NCBI GenBank assembly: GCA_044892505.1
Contig: CM097882.1
Coordinates: 465,620,001-465,684,000, forward strand
Length of the DNA stretch: 64,000 nt
Reading direction: 5' to 3'
Source of the DNA: Schmidtea nova
Lineage: Eukaryota
The position numbers were made by a program, and so were the translations under genes. The notes under the pieces were generated by a model. That model did no database searches. It was not told the DNA's origin and saw nothing but the letters and a program-made list of their open reading frames with translations. Of the stretch, positions 12,545 to 24,625 are shown in pieces. The first letter of the stretch is position 1, and every line of letters starts with the position of its first letter.

Positions 12545-13544
12545 CTGATATATAGTACGAAACATATTTTTGCAAATTTATCAGTTATTTTTTGGATTTT
12601 GTCATTTTTATCGATTTGCAATCAGTTTCTATGGATTTTCTTTTATTTTCTGCCTGTGTAGACAAACCCTAACAATAACAAACAATAAACTGTTTTACCA
12701 GAATTTCAGGAAAAACGCATTACGCACCTTATGGGTGTCGAGATGACCTAAGTGCGAGGTCATAAGTTACGTATCTCCGAATTTACGTAAATTGTAGTAT
12801 TACCGAATTCTAAAATATTAAAAACAATTTCTGCGAAGTTTCACAAACTAATAAAATTTTCCTCAGAGTTGAAAAGGCTTGAAAGTAAATTTTTGTTTGT
12901 AGAATACTGTTAAGTATTGCAAATTTATAAAAACAAGATTAGGAAACAAAATAGAGAAATAAATACTGATCATTTCACCAGAAACAAGAATTCCGAATAG
13001 TAACCTGATAATAAAGGTGGCACGCTTCCAAAATCTTTGAAAAATCTTTTGTCAAAAATACAAATTTAACGACGGAAATGTAGGCATAAGGTAGGCATAA
13101 CTGCAACCATAACAACTCAGTAATTTAAAAACATGAGAATTCAAAATTCCAATCATCTAGCAGAATGATTTTAAACAATTGTTGGGCTGGTAGAAGTATA
13201 ATGCGACGAAAAAGAATTACAGAAAAAACAATCGAATTTAAAGCTGATGATAACACATAAGAGCATTAAGCAGCAAAACAGTAAAAAAAGAACATAGAAC
13301 ATTAAAGTATAAATAAGCACAAATAGTAGTCATACCAACCACATTTTATAATCCTGTCAAGGTATATAAAACAGAGGCATTTCAAAACAGACCACATAAT
13401 TTGAGTGCAGGCCAAACTGAAAGACAATACAAAAATTGAATGGGAAAATCATTTCTAGTAAAAAGCATGATCAAAGAATAATTTAAATATTAAAATAAAA
13501 AGAATAATTTATAAAAAATATAGAAGAAATTCTCATTGAAATCA

Positions 13545-13605
13545 GGGGCGTAGCTAGGGGGGGTGTGGGGCGAGCTGCCCCGTGCGCCATCTTGGGGGGG
13601 CGCTG
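13545..13605 (+). mobile_element. hAT-like terminal sequence
   Basis: CAGGGGCGTAGCTAGGGGGG start typical of hAT-type TIRs; a transposase-like start MSGRKLSG follows a tttcag acceptor at 14858. No partner TIR found. Confidence 0.5.
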
Positions 13606-13799
13606 AAGAGGAAGATACAGTATATTCATGCTAGACTAACTCTCTCTCAAAGTTTGCGTAAGATGCAAGAAAAACAGTAGTTTCCTTCCTTGCATCAGGA
13701 TGTCGTCCACAGTCTAGTTGTATATCTGCTGCTTCAGTCCATTTAGTTGTTCTGCAGCATCAAACTTGTTAGGTTCTTAGGAAGGGAGAGAGCCATGTC

Positions 13800-14400
13800 A
13801 CTCATGTGTTTCATTTCAAACCCACCAGCCACAATCTAGACACTGATCTCCGGCTCAGGCAAGGTGGAACTTGGTAACCCTTTCATGCTCCAGCCACCAG
13901 TCATTTCACATCGTTGACGTAGAGCCAATGTTTTGAAAGCTGCTCTTGCTATCTAGAACGTCTGTGCAGCACACCTTGCCCACGCCGTGTGGGAACATGG
14001 GCATGGCCTGCTGAACAGACGGTCTAGATAGATAGTATAGGAGCCTCATCACCGCTCTGGCTCAGCCACTGACAGCCAGCCAGGATCGATGTGTTCAATT
14101 TCAAATCCGCCAGGCCGCAATGTCGGTCGGCACAGATCTCTGTAGTCAAGCTCAGGCAAGTTGGAACTTGGCGACAGGCTTGCACTTGGTGACCCCTTCA
14201 AGCTTCGCCTTCATCCAAGCATTTCACATCGCTGTTGTAGAGCTGATGTAAATTAACAGCTGCCCTGCTATCTAGAACGTATGTGCAGCACACCATGTCC
14301 ATGGCCTGCTGAACCGACGGCCTAGATAACAGGAGCCTCATGCCCTCATCACCTCTGGGTTCTGGCACAGCCAGCCGGAATGGATGGGTTCAGACTGCCG
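13800..14400. repeat. Two diverged about 285-bp GC-rich tandem units
   Basis: Shared blocks gctcaggcaag.tggaacttgg, catttcacatcg, gctatctagaacgt.tgtgcagcacacc, catggcctgctgaac.gacgg.ctagata, aggagcctcat, cagccagcc. Confidence 0.85.
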
Positions 14401-17400
14401 GGCCACTAGATCTTAGACTGTGGTTGGTGTTAAGTGTTCATAGTAGGAATGCCGTTCGTATAACAGTTATGTGTAAAATGTGTTAGATCTGCCTCGTGGC
14501 CAGTCGCTTATTAAACTTGATGTTGGATTGCAAATAAATAAAATAAATTAATAAAACTAATAATTCATTGGCATTAAATTTTTCAAAGAGAAGTTGGCGT
14601 CATTTTGAACAAGAAACAACAAAAAAACGGTATGTTGCTGTTAACAATTTGTGTACATATATTGAATTAAATAAAAATAAATTGAACATTATCATAATCA
14701 GATGATCAGAAGATAATAAATGAATATTTATTTTAATTGTTATACTTGAGATTACTGATTACTGTATAATTACTAGATATATTATAAATAATTGGATAGA
14801 AAATTAATTATCTTTTGCGAAGTTTTCCAATGTTTTTAATTTTTTGATTTTCAGATCATGTCAGGAAGAAAATTGAGTGGCAATTTGAAATATCGTTAAA
14901 ATAACAGAAATATGGACAAACATAGAAAAAGTTGAATATTTAATTAGTTAATGAGGGCAAAAATTACGCAACATTGTACACACAAAATTTATTAGAATTA
15001 ATAATAAATATTTGAAAAATAAATTTTAAAGTCAATTTTAAATCAAAACAAATAAATAATTCAGTTATTAAAAAAATAATAATTCATTTATTAAAATAAA
15101 CATATAAATTAAATTATAAATTATTTTATTTAATGAAGAGAATGCGTGGGCGTAACACAAAAATAGTATAACTAGGCCTACGGAAATCATTCTTTTAATC
15201 AATTTTTAACCTTTAAAATTTGGACATTTTGAAAACAACTCTACCAGCCAGAACCAGTCATTGTTTATTAATTCTTCTGAACAAATCGAACAGGAACCAA
15301 TACGTATATTTCAGGGCTTGTTTTGTAAGTTGTTCATGATATTATGGTAATTATTAAGCTGTTATTCGTAATAGATATTAAATATTTTATTTAGAATTTT
15401 ATTTTTTATTAGATCTTACTATGCTCTGGCTCATTTGATTTTCCAGGATTATGTTAATTTTCTAAGTAGCTCTGTCGGGCCACTAATCACAAGTTCCAGA
15501 TGCGTTTGAAAAACCGAACTGAAAAGTCGGAACGGGCCTCAGACCATTCTCTTATTAAATTTTATAGATCTATTAGGTCAAAAAGGAATTAGGGGGTGTA
15601 ATTGGAAAGTGAACTAGTAGGTAAAGGTGGGACGCCATTTAATATATTTTAGAGAATAAATAGGTGTAAATGTTAGATAACATAAAGATGTTGGTCCAAA
15701 ACTGCAAATTGTTTAAATGAAGCGGTAACACAACAAGTAGAGAGCGCGCAAGATTCTAATTTAACCAAAGCATCAAGTAAAATCGAAGTAGTTAAGTGAA
15801 AACACACCTAAATATTAAAGTGGACCAAAGTGCATTACCAAGGCCTCGGCGAGAAACTAAAGGTTAAAATTATTAAATTGGTAATAAAGTTAAAACCAAA
15901 TTTAACCTAGCAAGATAGACATTAGGTATGGGGGATAAGTAGAATTTAGTTAAATACATTAACACAAAAATATAGGAAATTAAAAACATCGGGAAAATAA
16001 TAGTAGTTTAGTCAAGAACAATGAGAATCGAATACCCAGAATAAAGGTATTGATAAAAGATTATTCGATCCCCGAATTGAAATTGTGATGATATGCTTGA
16101 ATATATGCTTGGGAATAAACTAAAAATGCGAATATGCTAGTTTTCTTCTGATAATATAATGTATAGTGATTGATGGAAATAATTGACTCAATTATGTTTT
16201 AGATTTTGATCGGAAAAGTCAAGAATTCAGTGACATTAAGGTACGAAAAATATCGCGAAAACCCCAAAGAGCTTTAACACTTTTTGTACGAATGACTGTA
16301 TTTATTCTATTCTGTTTGTTCTGGTGCTATGTGCATCGTAAATGGGTCCTTGCATGAATCGTTGATATTTTGATCTGGGAAAATGGGTCAGTTTGATACC
16401 ATAATAAATTTATATTGATAGATTGTTAATTTTGGAATTCAGATTGAAATATTATTGAATGCTTACAAATAAATTGTTGAAGAAGGGACAAAAGGGCATT
16501 AAACCTTCTATCGGTAGCTCTTGGACCCATGAGATATTCGGTCAATCATAGTTTCGAATTTTTCGACGCTCACTGATTGCGAATACCCACCCATTTGTTG
16601 CATTACGAACGTTACATTGTGACGGCAACAAGATGGTTATTCAAATGTTTTATGTGTTGAGTTGTTGATGTGAGCCATAGCAACGTTAAGGTCATATTGA
16701 CGATCAACAACCCACCAAAGAGACGTTATAGAAAATTAGAACTTGGTAATTTAACAAAACCTTGAACAGATAAAATATTATGCCCTTAAGTCATTCAATC
16801 AGCAGTAGGAACCTGAAAGAGAGAATTTAATGAGGAGCAGTTATGGCAACGAAACTCACCTGCTCATTGAATTCATAAACCACTGTATAAATTACCAACA
16901 TAGCTCACCAGAGAGTAATAATGAGAAAACGAGTGATATAGTTTTCAACATTTTCATGATGGTGTGTAAGTTACCGTAAACCATAATGACAACAATTTTA
17001 AATAGCTCATACACCAACACTATCCTTGGCTACATGAGTGTTTTAAAAAAGTTCTTACATACTTTTGTTAATGAGTTTTTTTATTCATATTTGAAGAACT
17101 CTTTAACTCGCAAAATCTATTAAAGTAGAGTTGCCCACCTTATTGAGAAATTTCCTTTTCAAATTCAATTTTACTTCCTATTCAAAACATCATTTTATCT
17201 TATGAATTATGCTGTAACAAAATCTGCCCATTAATAAATGAAAAACCTATGATATAAAAAATTAATTTAATTTAAAAAATTATAAATTAATTTCCTAAAT
17301 GTTATAGTAATAATATTTCTCAATCTGAGTTTTCTAAATATTTAATTTTCTGAAATAATTTAATAAATTAATTAAAAATACTTAGTTTAAACTCACTTCT

Positions 17401-18115
17401 TCACAACCTTGAAATATCATTGTGCTTTTAATTAAACAAATATGTAGTTAAATCCTTTATTTAATAAATACAAGGCAACAGATTTTTCTGTAATTGCTAT
17501 TTAACCATTGGTAAGTTTTCATTATAAATAATTTTGTAATATAAATTAATATATATTAATATAAATTAAACTAAATTATTGCGAAATCTACATATAACTC
17601 GATTGCACTATGTCAAACATTTTATGAAAAGAAATGTTATTTCAGAGAATATTTTTATTGAACATTACTGCTTAGACTTTAGTGTTATAATTAGGTATAA
17701 AATACTATTTTTCATAAATTTGAAAAGTAATAAAAATTGAAAAAATAATCATTATTTATTTAATCATTCAATTAAAAAAAATTTCTAACATATGGTTAGC
17801 GGTCTCCAAGGAACCATGGCGCTAAACCTACTAATTTTAGTTTTTAGCGTTTTGTGTTAGAAAGATTTTTACCAAAATTATAATTATAATCTCAAAATAG
17901 TTTGATAATTATAATTTTCAATTATTAATAGAAATTTTCCCTTTAAGTAATTTTTATCTTTAGACACCTAAATTCCCCTAATATTTTCCTTGTTACTTTT
18001 ACACGTAAACCCAAATAATAAGCATATATTTATAAAAAAAACATTTGTCGGATGACTTATTTGTTTTAAACAAAAAAAGCTTGTGATTTTTTGTGATACC
18101 CAGTGCAAATCCCCA

Positions 18116-18157
18116 ATAGCAGACTAGTTTCGAGCTTTTGGCTCTCATCAGTGCTAT
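18116..18157 (-). ncRNA. Minimal type I hammerhead ribozyme, canonical core
   Basis: ATAGCA-CTGATGA-GAGC-CAAAA-GCTC-GAAAC-TA-GTC-TGCTAT: 6-bp stem I, 4-bp stem II, palindromic stem III ACTAGT, GUC cleavage site. Confidence 0.93.
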
Positions 18158-18495
18158 GCAGGAGACGCGAAAATTTCTCTTCGCGCCAGATAAGTATAAA
18201 ACAAAGTTGAAAGATTTTTGTTATATACTATACCTGGTACACTGGATATCACATCACTTGAATATGCAAGGTCCTACAGATAATTCGTAACTTGCAAACA
18301 TGGCGTATGAATTTCATTTTCGCCTCTGCGCACTAAAAGTGTTCAACAGAAACTGTTTGCAAGCGCACCCGACTGCCTTAGCTTCATTATTTCAATTTCT
18401 TGTAATATCTTTTGAAAAAAACATTTGTCGGATGACTTATTTGTTTTAAACAAAAAAAGCTTGTGATTTTTTGTGATACCCAGTTCAAACCCCCA

Positions 18496-18537
18496 ATAGC
18501 AGACTAGTTTCGAGCTTTTAACTCTTATCAGTGCTAT
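18496..18537 (-). ncRNA. Hammerhead ribozyme copy with G8A core variant
   Basis: ATAGCA-CTGATAA-GAGT-TAAAA-GCTC-GAAAC-TA-GTC-TGCTAT; the C3-G8 pair is broken. Confidence 0.8.
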
Positions 18538-18649
18538 GCAGGAGACGCGAAAATTTCTCTTCGTGCCAGGCAAGTATAAAACAAAGTTGAAAGATTTTTG
18601 TTATATACTATACCTGGTACACTGGATAAAACATCACTTGAATATATAT

Positions 18650-20881
18650 TTATAAGCTTATATTCATTTATGCATAATATTAATACAGACAAACAATCGC
18701 TGTATTTTACAAAATTATTACTCCATATAAATTCAGAAATGTAAGAGTTTATCATTTCATAACGAGTTCCATCATACTCTTGAATTTTCGTTGAGGACGG
18801 GACCACATAGTTTCGACTGACTGTGTGGACGAATGTATTTTCTGGATGAACAAAGTTCTGTGAATGATTGATAGACGTATGTTGATAAATACCACCTCTG
18901 AAATTCCCAAGTTGTTGATAAGTGGCGAAACAATCTGACATGATGCGAGTGCCAGGAATAATATGTCTAGCAATGAGTGGCATAAGTGTTTGAATCTGTC
19001 GGTTTAAGAACATTTGTAAGAAACAGTTTTTCGTTTACGTTAGATACCCCCAAATAGCCACACAGGTTTGCGTAATCTGCCTTTTCTGAACTTTCTTTTG
19101 GAAATGACTGTTTCATTAATTTCAACAACAGTTTGACTCACAAAAATCATGAAACCCATCAATTTCTGGAGTATTATTCTCACACCACTTGCAAGGAATA
19201 TCTTTAATGAAATTATACCAATCAACACAAACACCACGTGAGACTGAGATATCTTTACATTAGGTGACGAGGTATTTCTCGACTCCATTGAAAGCATGAA
19301 AATACCAAGGCTTGTAGAGAGAGGTGAGAGTTAGAAAAAAATGAGTCGTTGCGAATGCTGCGGGAAAGGTTTTTGCAGGCTTTTCACTTCCAAACATACT
19401 TATCGGTTTTCATGTTCTCATCCTGAAAGGCGCAGGGAATATTACATATAACACATGTGCAGGAATTTCGGAGAAGTCTATGAGTGGCGAGCCATTTGAT
19501 ACATTGAAGTGGTTCAGTAATAGAAGGGACGATTGTAAGTGTTGTCCATACTTCATTCTGAATAGCTTCATGACTTAAAATATCTTCTGCTGACACAGTC
19601 CAAGTTGGTGCATAAGGACGTCCAGCAGGCATGTTTGTAATTGTAATTTAACGAGAAAGTGACATCTACTCATAATCTATAAATTAAAACAATTTCCGTT
19701 CAGATAAACTAATTTTAATTAATTTACGTGTTTTATTTAAACAAAAATATTAGGGAATTTACGTGTATAAAGATAACAATTACCCTTTAAAATTTAAAGA
19801 ATAAAAACAAATAATTTTATTGAAAATAATAAGTGTTAGTGATTAATATAGTACCTTTACCAGTAAATACTGTTACCAGTAAATACTGTTACCACCTCTG
19901 AAATTCCCAAGTTGTTGATAAGTGGCGAAACAATCTGACATGATGCGAGTGCCAGGAATAATATGTCTAGCAATGAGTGGCATAAGTGTTTGAATCTGTC
20001 GGTTTAAGAACATTTGTAAGAAACAGTTTTTCGTTTACGTTAGATACCCCCAAATAGCCACACAGGTTTGCGTAATCTGCCTTTTCTGAACTTTCTTTTG
20101 GAAATGACTGTTTCATTAATTTCAACAACAGTTTGACTCACAAAAATCATGAAACCCATCAATTTCTGGAGTATTATTCTCACACCACTTGCAAGGAATA
20201 TCTTTAATGAAGTTATACCAATCAACACAAACACCACGTGAGACTGAGATATCTTTACACACCAGGTGACGAGGTATTTCTCGACTCCATTGAAAGCATG
20301 AAAATACCAAGGCTTGTAGAGAGAGGTGAGAGTTAGAAAAAAATGAGTCGTTGCGAATGCTGCGGGAAAGGTTTTTGCAGGCTTTTCACTTCCAAACATA
20401 CTTATCGGTTTTCATGTTCTCATCCTGAAAGGCGCAGGGAATATTACATGTAACACATGTGCAGGAATTTCGGAGAAGTCTATGAGTGGCGAGCCATTTG
20501 ATACATTGAAGTGGTTCAGTAATAGAAGGGACGATTGTAAGTGTTGTCCATACTTCATTCTGAATAGCTTCATGACTTAAAATATCTTCTGCTGACACAG
20601 TCCAAGTTGGTGCATAAGGACGTCCAGCAGGCATGTTTGTAATTGTAATTTAACGAGAAAGTGACATCTACTCATAATCTATAAATTAAAACAATTTCCG
20701 TACAAATAAACTAATTTTAATTAATTTACGTGTTTTATTTTAAACAAAAATATTAGGGGAATTTACGTGTATAAAGATAACAATTACCCTTTAAAATTTA
20801 AAGAATAAAAACAAATAATTTTATTGAAAATAATAAGTGTTAGTGATTAATATAGAACCTTTACCAGTAAATACTGTTACC
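18650..20881 (-). mobile_element. Second Merlin/ISXO2 family, with the 5' 1 kb present twice
   Basis: Fragments give CVICNIPC, VCVDWYNF, VISKRKFRKGR, VWLFGGI, RIMSDCFATY, INHSQNFVHP, TQSVETMW; terminus GGTAACAGTATTTACTGGTAAAGG at 20881 and again at 19893; 18891-19893 duplicates 19891-20881. Confidence 0.88.
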
Positions 20882-21257
20882 GTTTACCGGTAAAAGTACA
20901 TGAAATTTACCGGTATTCTGAAAAAAAATACTTCTTTGGCATATTACTGTGTTTCACCGAAGTTCATCCCGGCTGAAATTCAACCCTAACATGATTTGTT
21001 TGCAATCTTTGAAAAAATTATATTGGAACCCTAACATCCAAATTCAGCCCTGACTAGTACTTTCTAATATTTATTAAAAAAAAATTTCGTATCATATATA
21101 TATTAATTCTAAATAAATTTGAACAATATTAGACTTAATTGATCAATTAAAATTTATTAAAAGAAAATAAGTTAAAATAACTAAAAATAAGTTAAATAAG
21201 TTAAAATAACTAAAATAAGTTACTCAATTGAATATTAAATAAAAATTGTTGACAAAA

Positions 21258-23022
21258 GTAGACAGATGTGTGCATTCTGGAACAAAGACATGTTACGTAA
21301 TCGACGAGTCATAGCCAATCAAAATCAAGTAGATCCCCGGAGATGTACTTTTTTTTGCGAAATTTATTTTTTACACAAAAGCGATGAGTCATAAAAATTA
21401 TTTTTAATTTTTAAGGTCAATTTAAGTACAAATTATGAGATTAACTTGAGGTCAACTTAAGGTAATGCGAGGCCAAATAATGAGGTCACATTAAGGTCAA
21501 ATCCATAATTTTTAAGGTCAAACTTTTAAAACTAAAACTTTTTCAAAAATTCAAAAATTCAAGAATTGATTACAACATTTATTAAAAATACATTAAAAAT
21601 ATATTAAGCGATTCTAGCGCTATTGATTTTCCAAATCGGAGACATTGCTTATTCTACTTAATATCCTTGAATCGATATATCAATAAACCAATTTTCATTG
21701 TCCATAAACTCAAAGGATTGAAATGCGTCATGGAAGTAAGTTTTCTTGTTGTTGATATATATCGTTTCACCGCAAGATAATTTCTAGTTGATTTTCATCA
21801 ACACTTTATTGATTGCAACAACATCTTTATAAAGCTGGCCAATTAAATTTGAATATTGCGAAGTCGACAGCTTTACCGGATTTGGGACCTTGAAAAAGAT
21901 TTCATTTACCAAGAAAAACATTTGGTAATCGTGAAACATCTAAAAAGGTCGTAAATCAAATTTGTTTTGAATTGATTCGGTATCGTTCTTAACTGGTTTC
22001 ATTTTAACTGAATCTTTAATTGGACTCGATTTGCTGAAAAGATTTTACATTTTATATGAAAGTATTGTAGGTTTATATCTTTATTATTGGTTTTATTGCA
22101 CTTGTGATGTTTTGAACTTTTGTTATGTTAGACCTTTNNNNNNNNNNNNNNNNNNNNNNNNNNNNNNNNNNNNNNNNNNNNNNNNNNNNNNNNNNNNNNN
22201 NNNNNNNNNNNNNNNNNNNNNNNNNNNNNNNNNNNNNNNNNNNNNNNNNNNNNNNNNNNNNNNNNNNNNNNTNNNNNNNNNNNNNNNNNNNNNNNNNNNN
22301 NNNNNNNNNNNNNNNNNNNNNNNNNNNNNNNNNNNNNNNNNNNNNNNNNNNNNNNNNNNNNNNNNNNNNNNNNNNNNNNNNNNNNNNNNNNNNNNNNNNN
22401 NNNNNNNNNNNNNNNNNNNNNNNNNNNNNNNNNNNNNNNNNNNNNNNNNNNNNNNNNNNNNNNNNNNNNTATTTTTCAAACTTTTATTATAATTATTATT
22501 ATTATTAATATTTCTACTATTAATATTATTATCTTTCTACTATAATTATTATTTTTAAAAGAAATATTGATCTTATTTTCTTAAGTATTATTATTATTAG
22601 TATTATTATTATTAATAATAATATTTAAATATTTCTTATTACTACTATTACTATTACTATTTTTCTGAGTATTATTATTATTATCATTATTATTAATATT
22701 AATATTGATATATTTCTTTTTAATACTATTTTTTACTATTATTACTATTTTGGANNNNNNNNNNNNNNNNNNNNNNNNNNNNNNNNNNNNNNNNNNNNNN
22801 NNNNNNNNNNNNNNNNNNNNNNNNNNNNNNNNNNNNNNNNNNNNNNNNNNNNNNNNNNNNNNNNNNNNNNNNNNNNNNNNNNNNNNNNNNNNNNNTTACT
22901 GATATTATTAATCTTTACAAATTATTATTGATTTTATTATTATTATTATTATTTTCTTAACTATTATTACTAATATTAATATATTTCTCTTTTAATACTA
23001 TTTTTACTACTACTTCTACTAC

Positions 23023-23087
<65 letters not shown>

Positions 23088-23319
23088 TTCAAATTATTAT
23101 TTTTCAAAGTAATTNNNNNNNNNNNNNNNNNNNNNNNNNNNNNNNNNNNNNNNNNNNNNNNNNNNNNNNNNNNNNNNNNNNNNNNNNNNNNNNNNNNNNN
23201 NNNNNNNNNNNNNNNNNNNNNNNNNNNNNNNNNNNNNNNNNNNNNNNNNNNNTTCTCTTTTAATATTATTTTTATTACTATTTTTAAAATATTATTGATA
23301 TAATTATTTTTATTATTAT
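21258..23319 (-). repeat. Copy of a composite repeat family (AGGTCA-array end, unique segment, AAT-rich arm), interrupted by the LTR element
   Basis: 21258-22137 is the reverse complement of about 34319-35216; the AT-rich part matches the reverse complement of 32270-32660; the family resumes at 27944-28065 (matches reverse complement of 31660-31750). Confidence 0.8.
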
Positions 23320-23486
23320 AGTAATGATATTGCAATAAAGGCCAAAGACCAAATGTGAAGCAGTTCAGAGTATATTGCGTAATTCAATCACCGTGTTAGT
23401 TATTGCGCAATATACATAACTATTTAAGAGTGATCACTCTGTGTTTTTGGTAAATAAATCTTTAGATGGAACCGATTGTTGTAACT
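23320..23486 (+). repeat. 5' LTR
   Basis: AGTAATGATATTGC...GATTGTTGTAACT; matches 27777-27943 except one C/T. Confidence 0.95.
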
Positions 23487-23499
23487 GGCGACCACGCCG
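23486..23499 (+). promoter_or_regulatory. Primer binding site
   Basis: TGGCGACCACGCCG overlapping the LTR end by 1 nt; cognate tRNA not determined. Confidence 0.8.
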
Positions 23500-24618
23500 A
23501 AAATATTCACACAATGACGACTCGAGGAGAAGGGAAAAAATCTGCAAGAGACTTACTACCAAAACGTGCTCAAGAACTCTTGGATATGGAAATTAGAAGA
23601 TACGACGGCAGATGTACCAAAGAAGCTGAAAAATGGATACATGCAATTGATGATTGGATCGCTAGAAATGACTTAAAGAGGACAGAAGCATTCGATTTTC
23701 TCCTTTGCGACGAAGCGGCTACGCTGTGGACAAATTTCAAAACAGAAAAACAACAGAAAAAGCAGCTAAAGAATGGTTTTCCGAAACATTTACTATTAAA
23801 TTGACTATTTTAGACAAGATTAAAGAACTTGCTGCAATTAGACAAGATGAAAATGAAAGATATGCAACCTTCGAAATCCGGGTATTAAACTTAGTGGATG
23901 AAGTTATTAATTCAGGAATGAGGGTAGAGGAAATTGCCAATGAAATTATAACTGGACGAGTCAGAGACAGAAGATTAAAAGATGCGCTAACAATGAAACC
24001 AACGATGACCGCAGAAGAACGAAATCAACTGGCCAAAATTTACGAAAAAGTGGAATCAAAAGAAAAGACGGAAGAAATTATGGTAATAAAAAAGAGTAGT
24101 TACGCAGAAGCAACAAGGAGAAGGAATCCAGAAACGTTTACAAGAGAAACAAATGGAAGTAATGGCAATATATTAAGAATCCAAGGAAATTACAGAAGAG
24201 AGAATTTACCAGATAATTCTTATAGCAGAAATAACGAAATAAATAATACAGTCGAACGGAATATGCAGAGAAGGACACCAACGGTTTCGCTTAAACACAT
24301 CGCCAAGAGATTATACAATCGATCTAGAGGCCTTCCTGATCCAAGAAACGGCGAATTACAGTCAGGTCAATGTTTTTGCTGTGGAGAATATGGGCATAGA
24401 AGATATGAATGCCCACTAAAAGATAAATGTTTGATATGTGGTAAGGGAGGACATAATTTTCGTGATTGTTATTTATTAAGAAAGAAAGAACAGCAGAACT
24501 ATGAGAACAAGAAAATTATATCTTGTGTGCATGATGAAGAAAACGGAAGAAATTACTCGGATGATGCAGAAACCAGAGAATCAATTAGTGATTATGCAAT
24601 TCATGATGTGGAAACTGA

Positions 24619-24625
24619 AAAAAAC
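24619..24625 (+). promoter_or_regulatory. Putative -1 ribosomal frameshift slippery site A_AAA_AAC
   Basis: Canonical X_XXY_YYZ heptamer in gag frame; the pol (-1) frame opens right after the TGA at 24616-24618 and stays open into the protease. Confidence 0.75.

Larger units (their letters stand above)
18034..18645 (-). mobile_element. Tandem 380-nt HHR-containing unit (retrozyme-like or PLE pLTR repeat)
   Basis: About 230-bp direct repeats 18034-18265 and 18414-18645, offset exactly 380 bp, each with a hammerhead. Confidence 0.8.

Noticed and set aside
15840-16020. Possible gypsy integrase tail (IGNKVKTK..LGMGDK)
   Set aside because: Too many stops and too little motif to support a call.
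16200-16850. DAHSTR on the minus strand, like a tyrosine recombinase motif
   Set aside because: Single short motif in a stop-ridden region.
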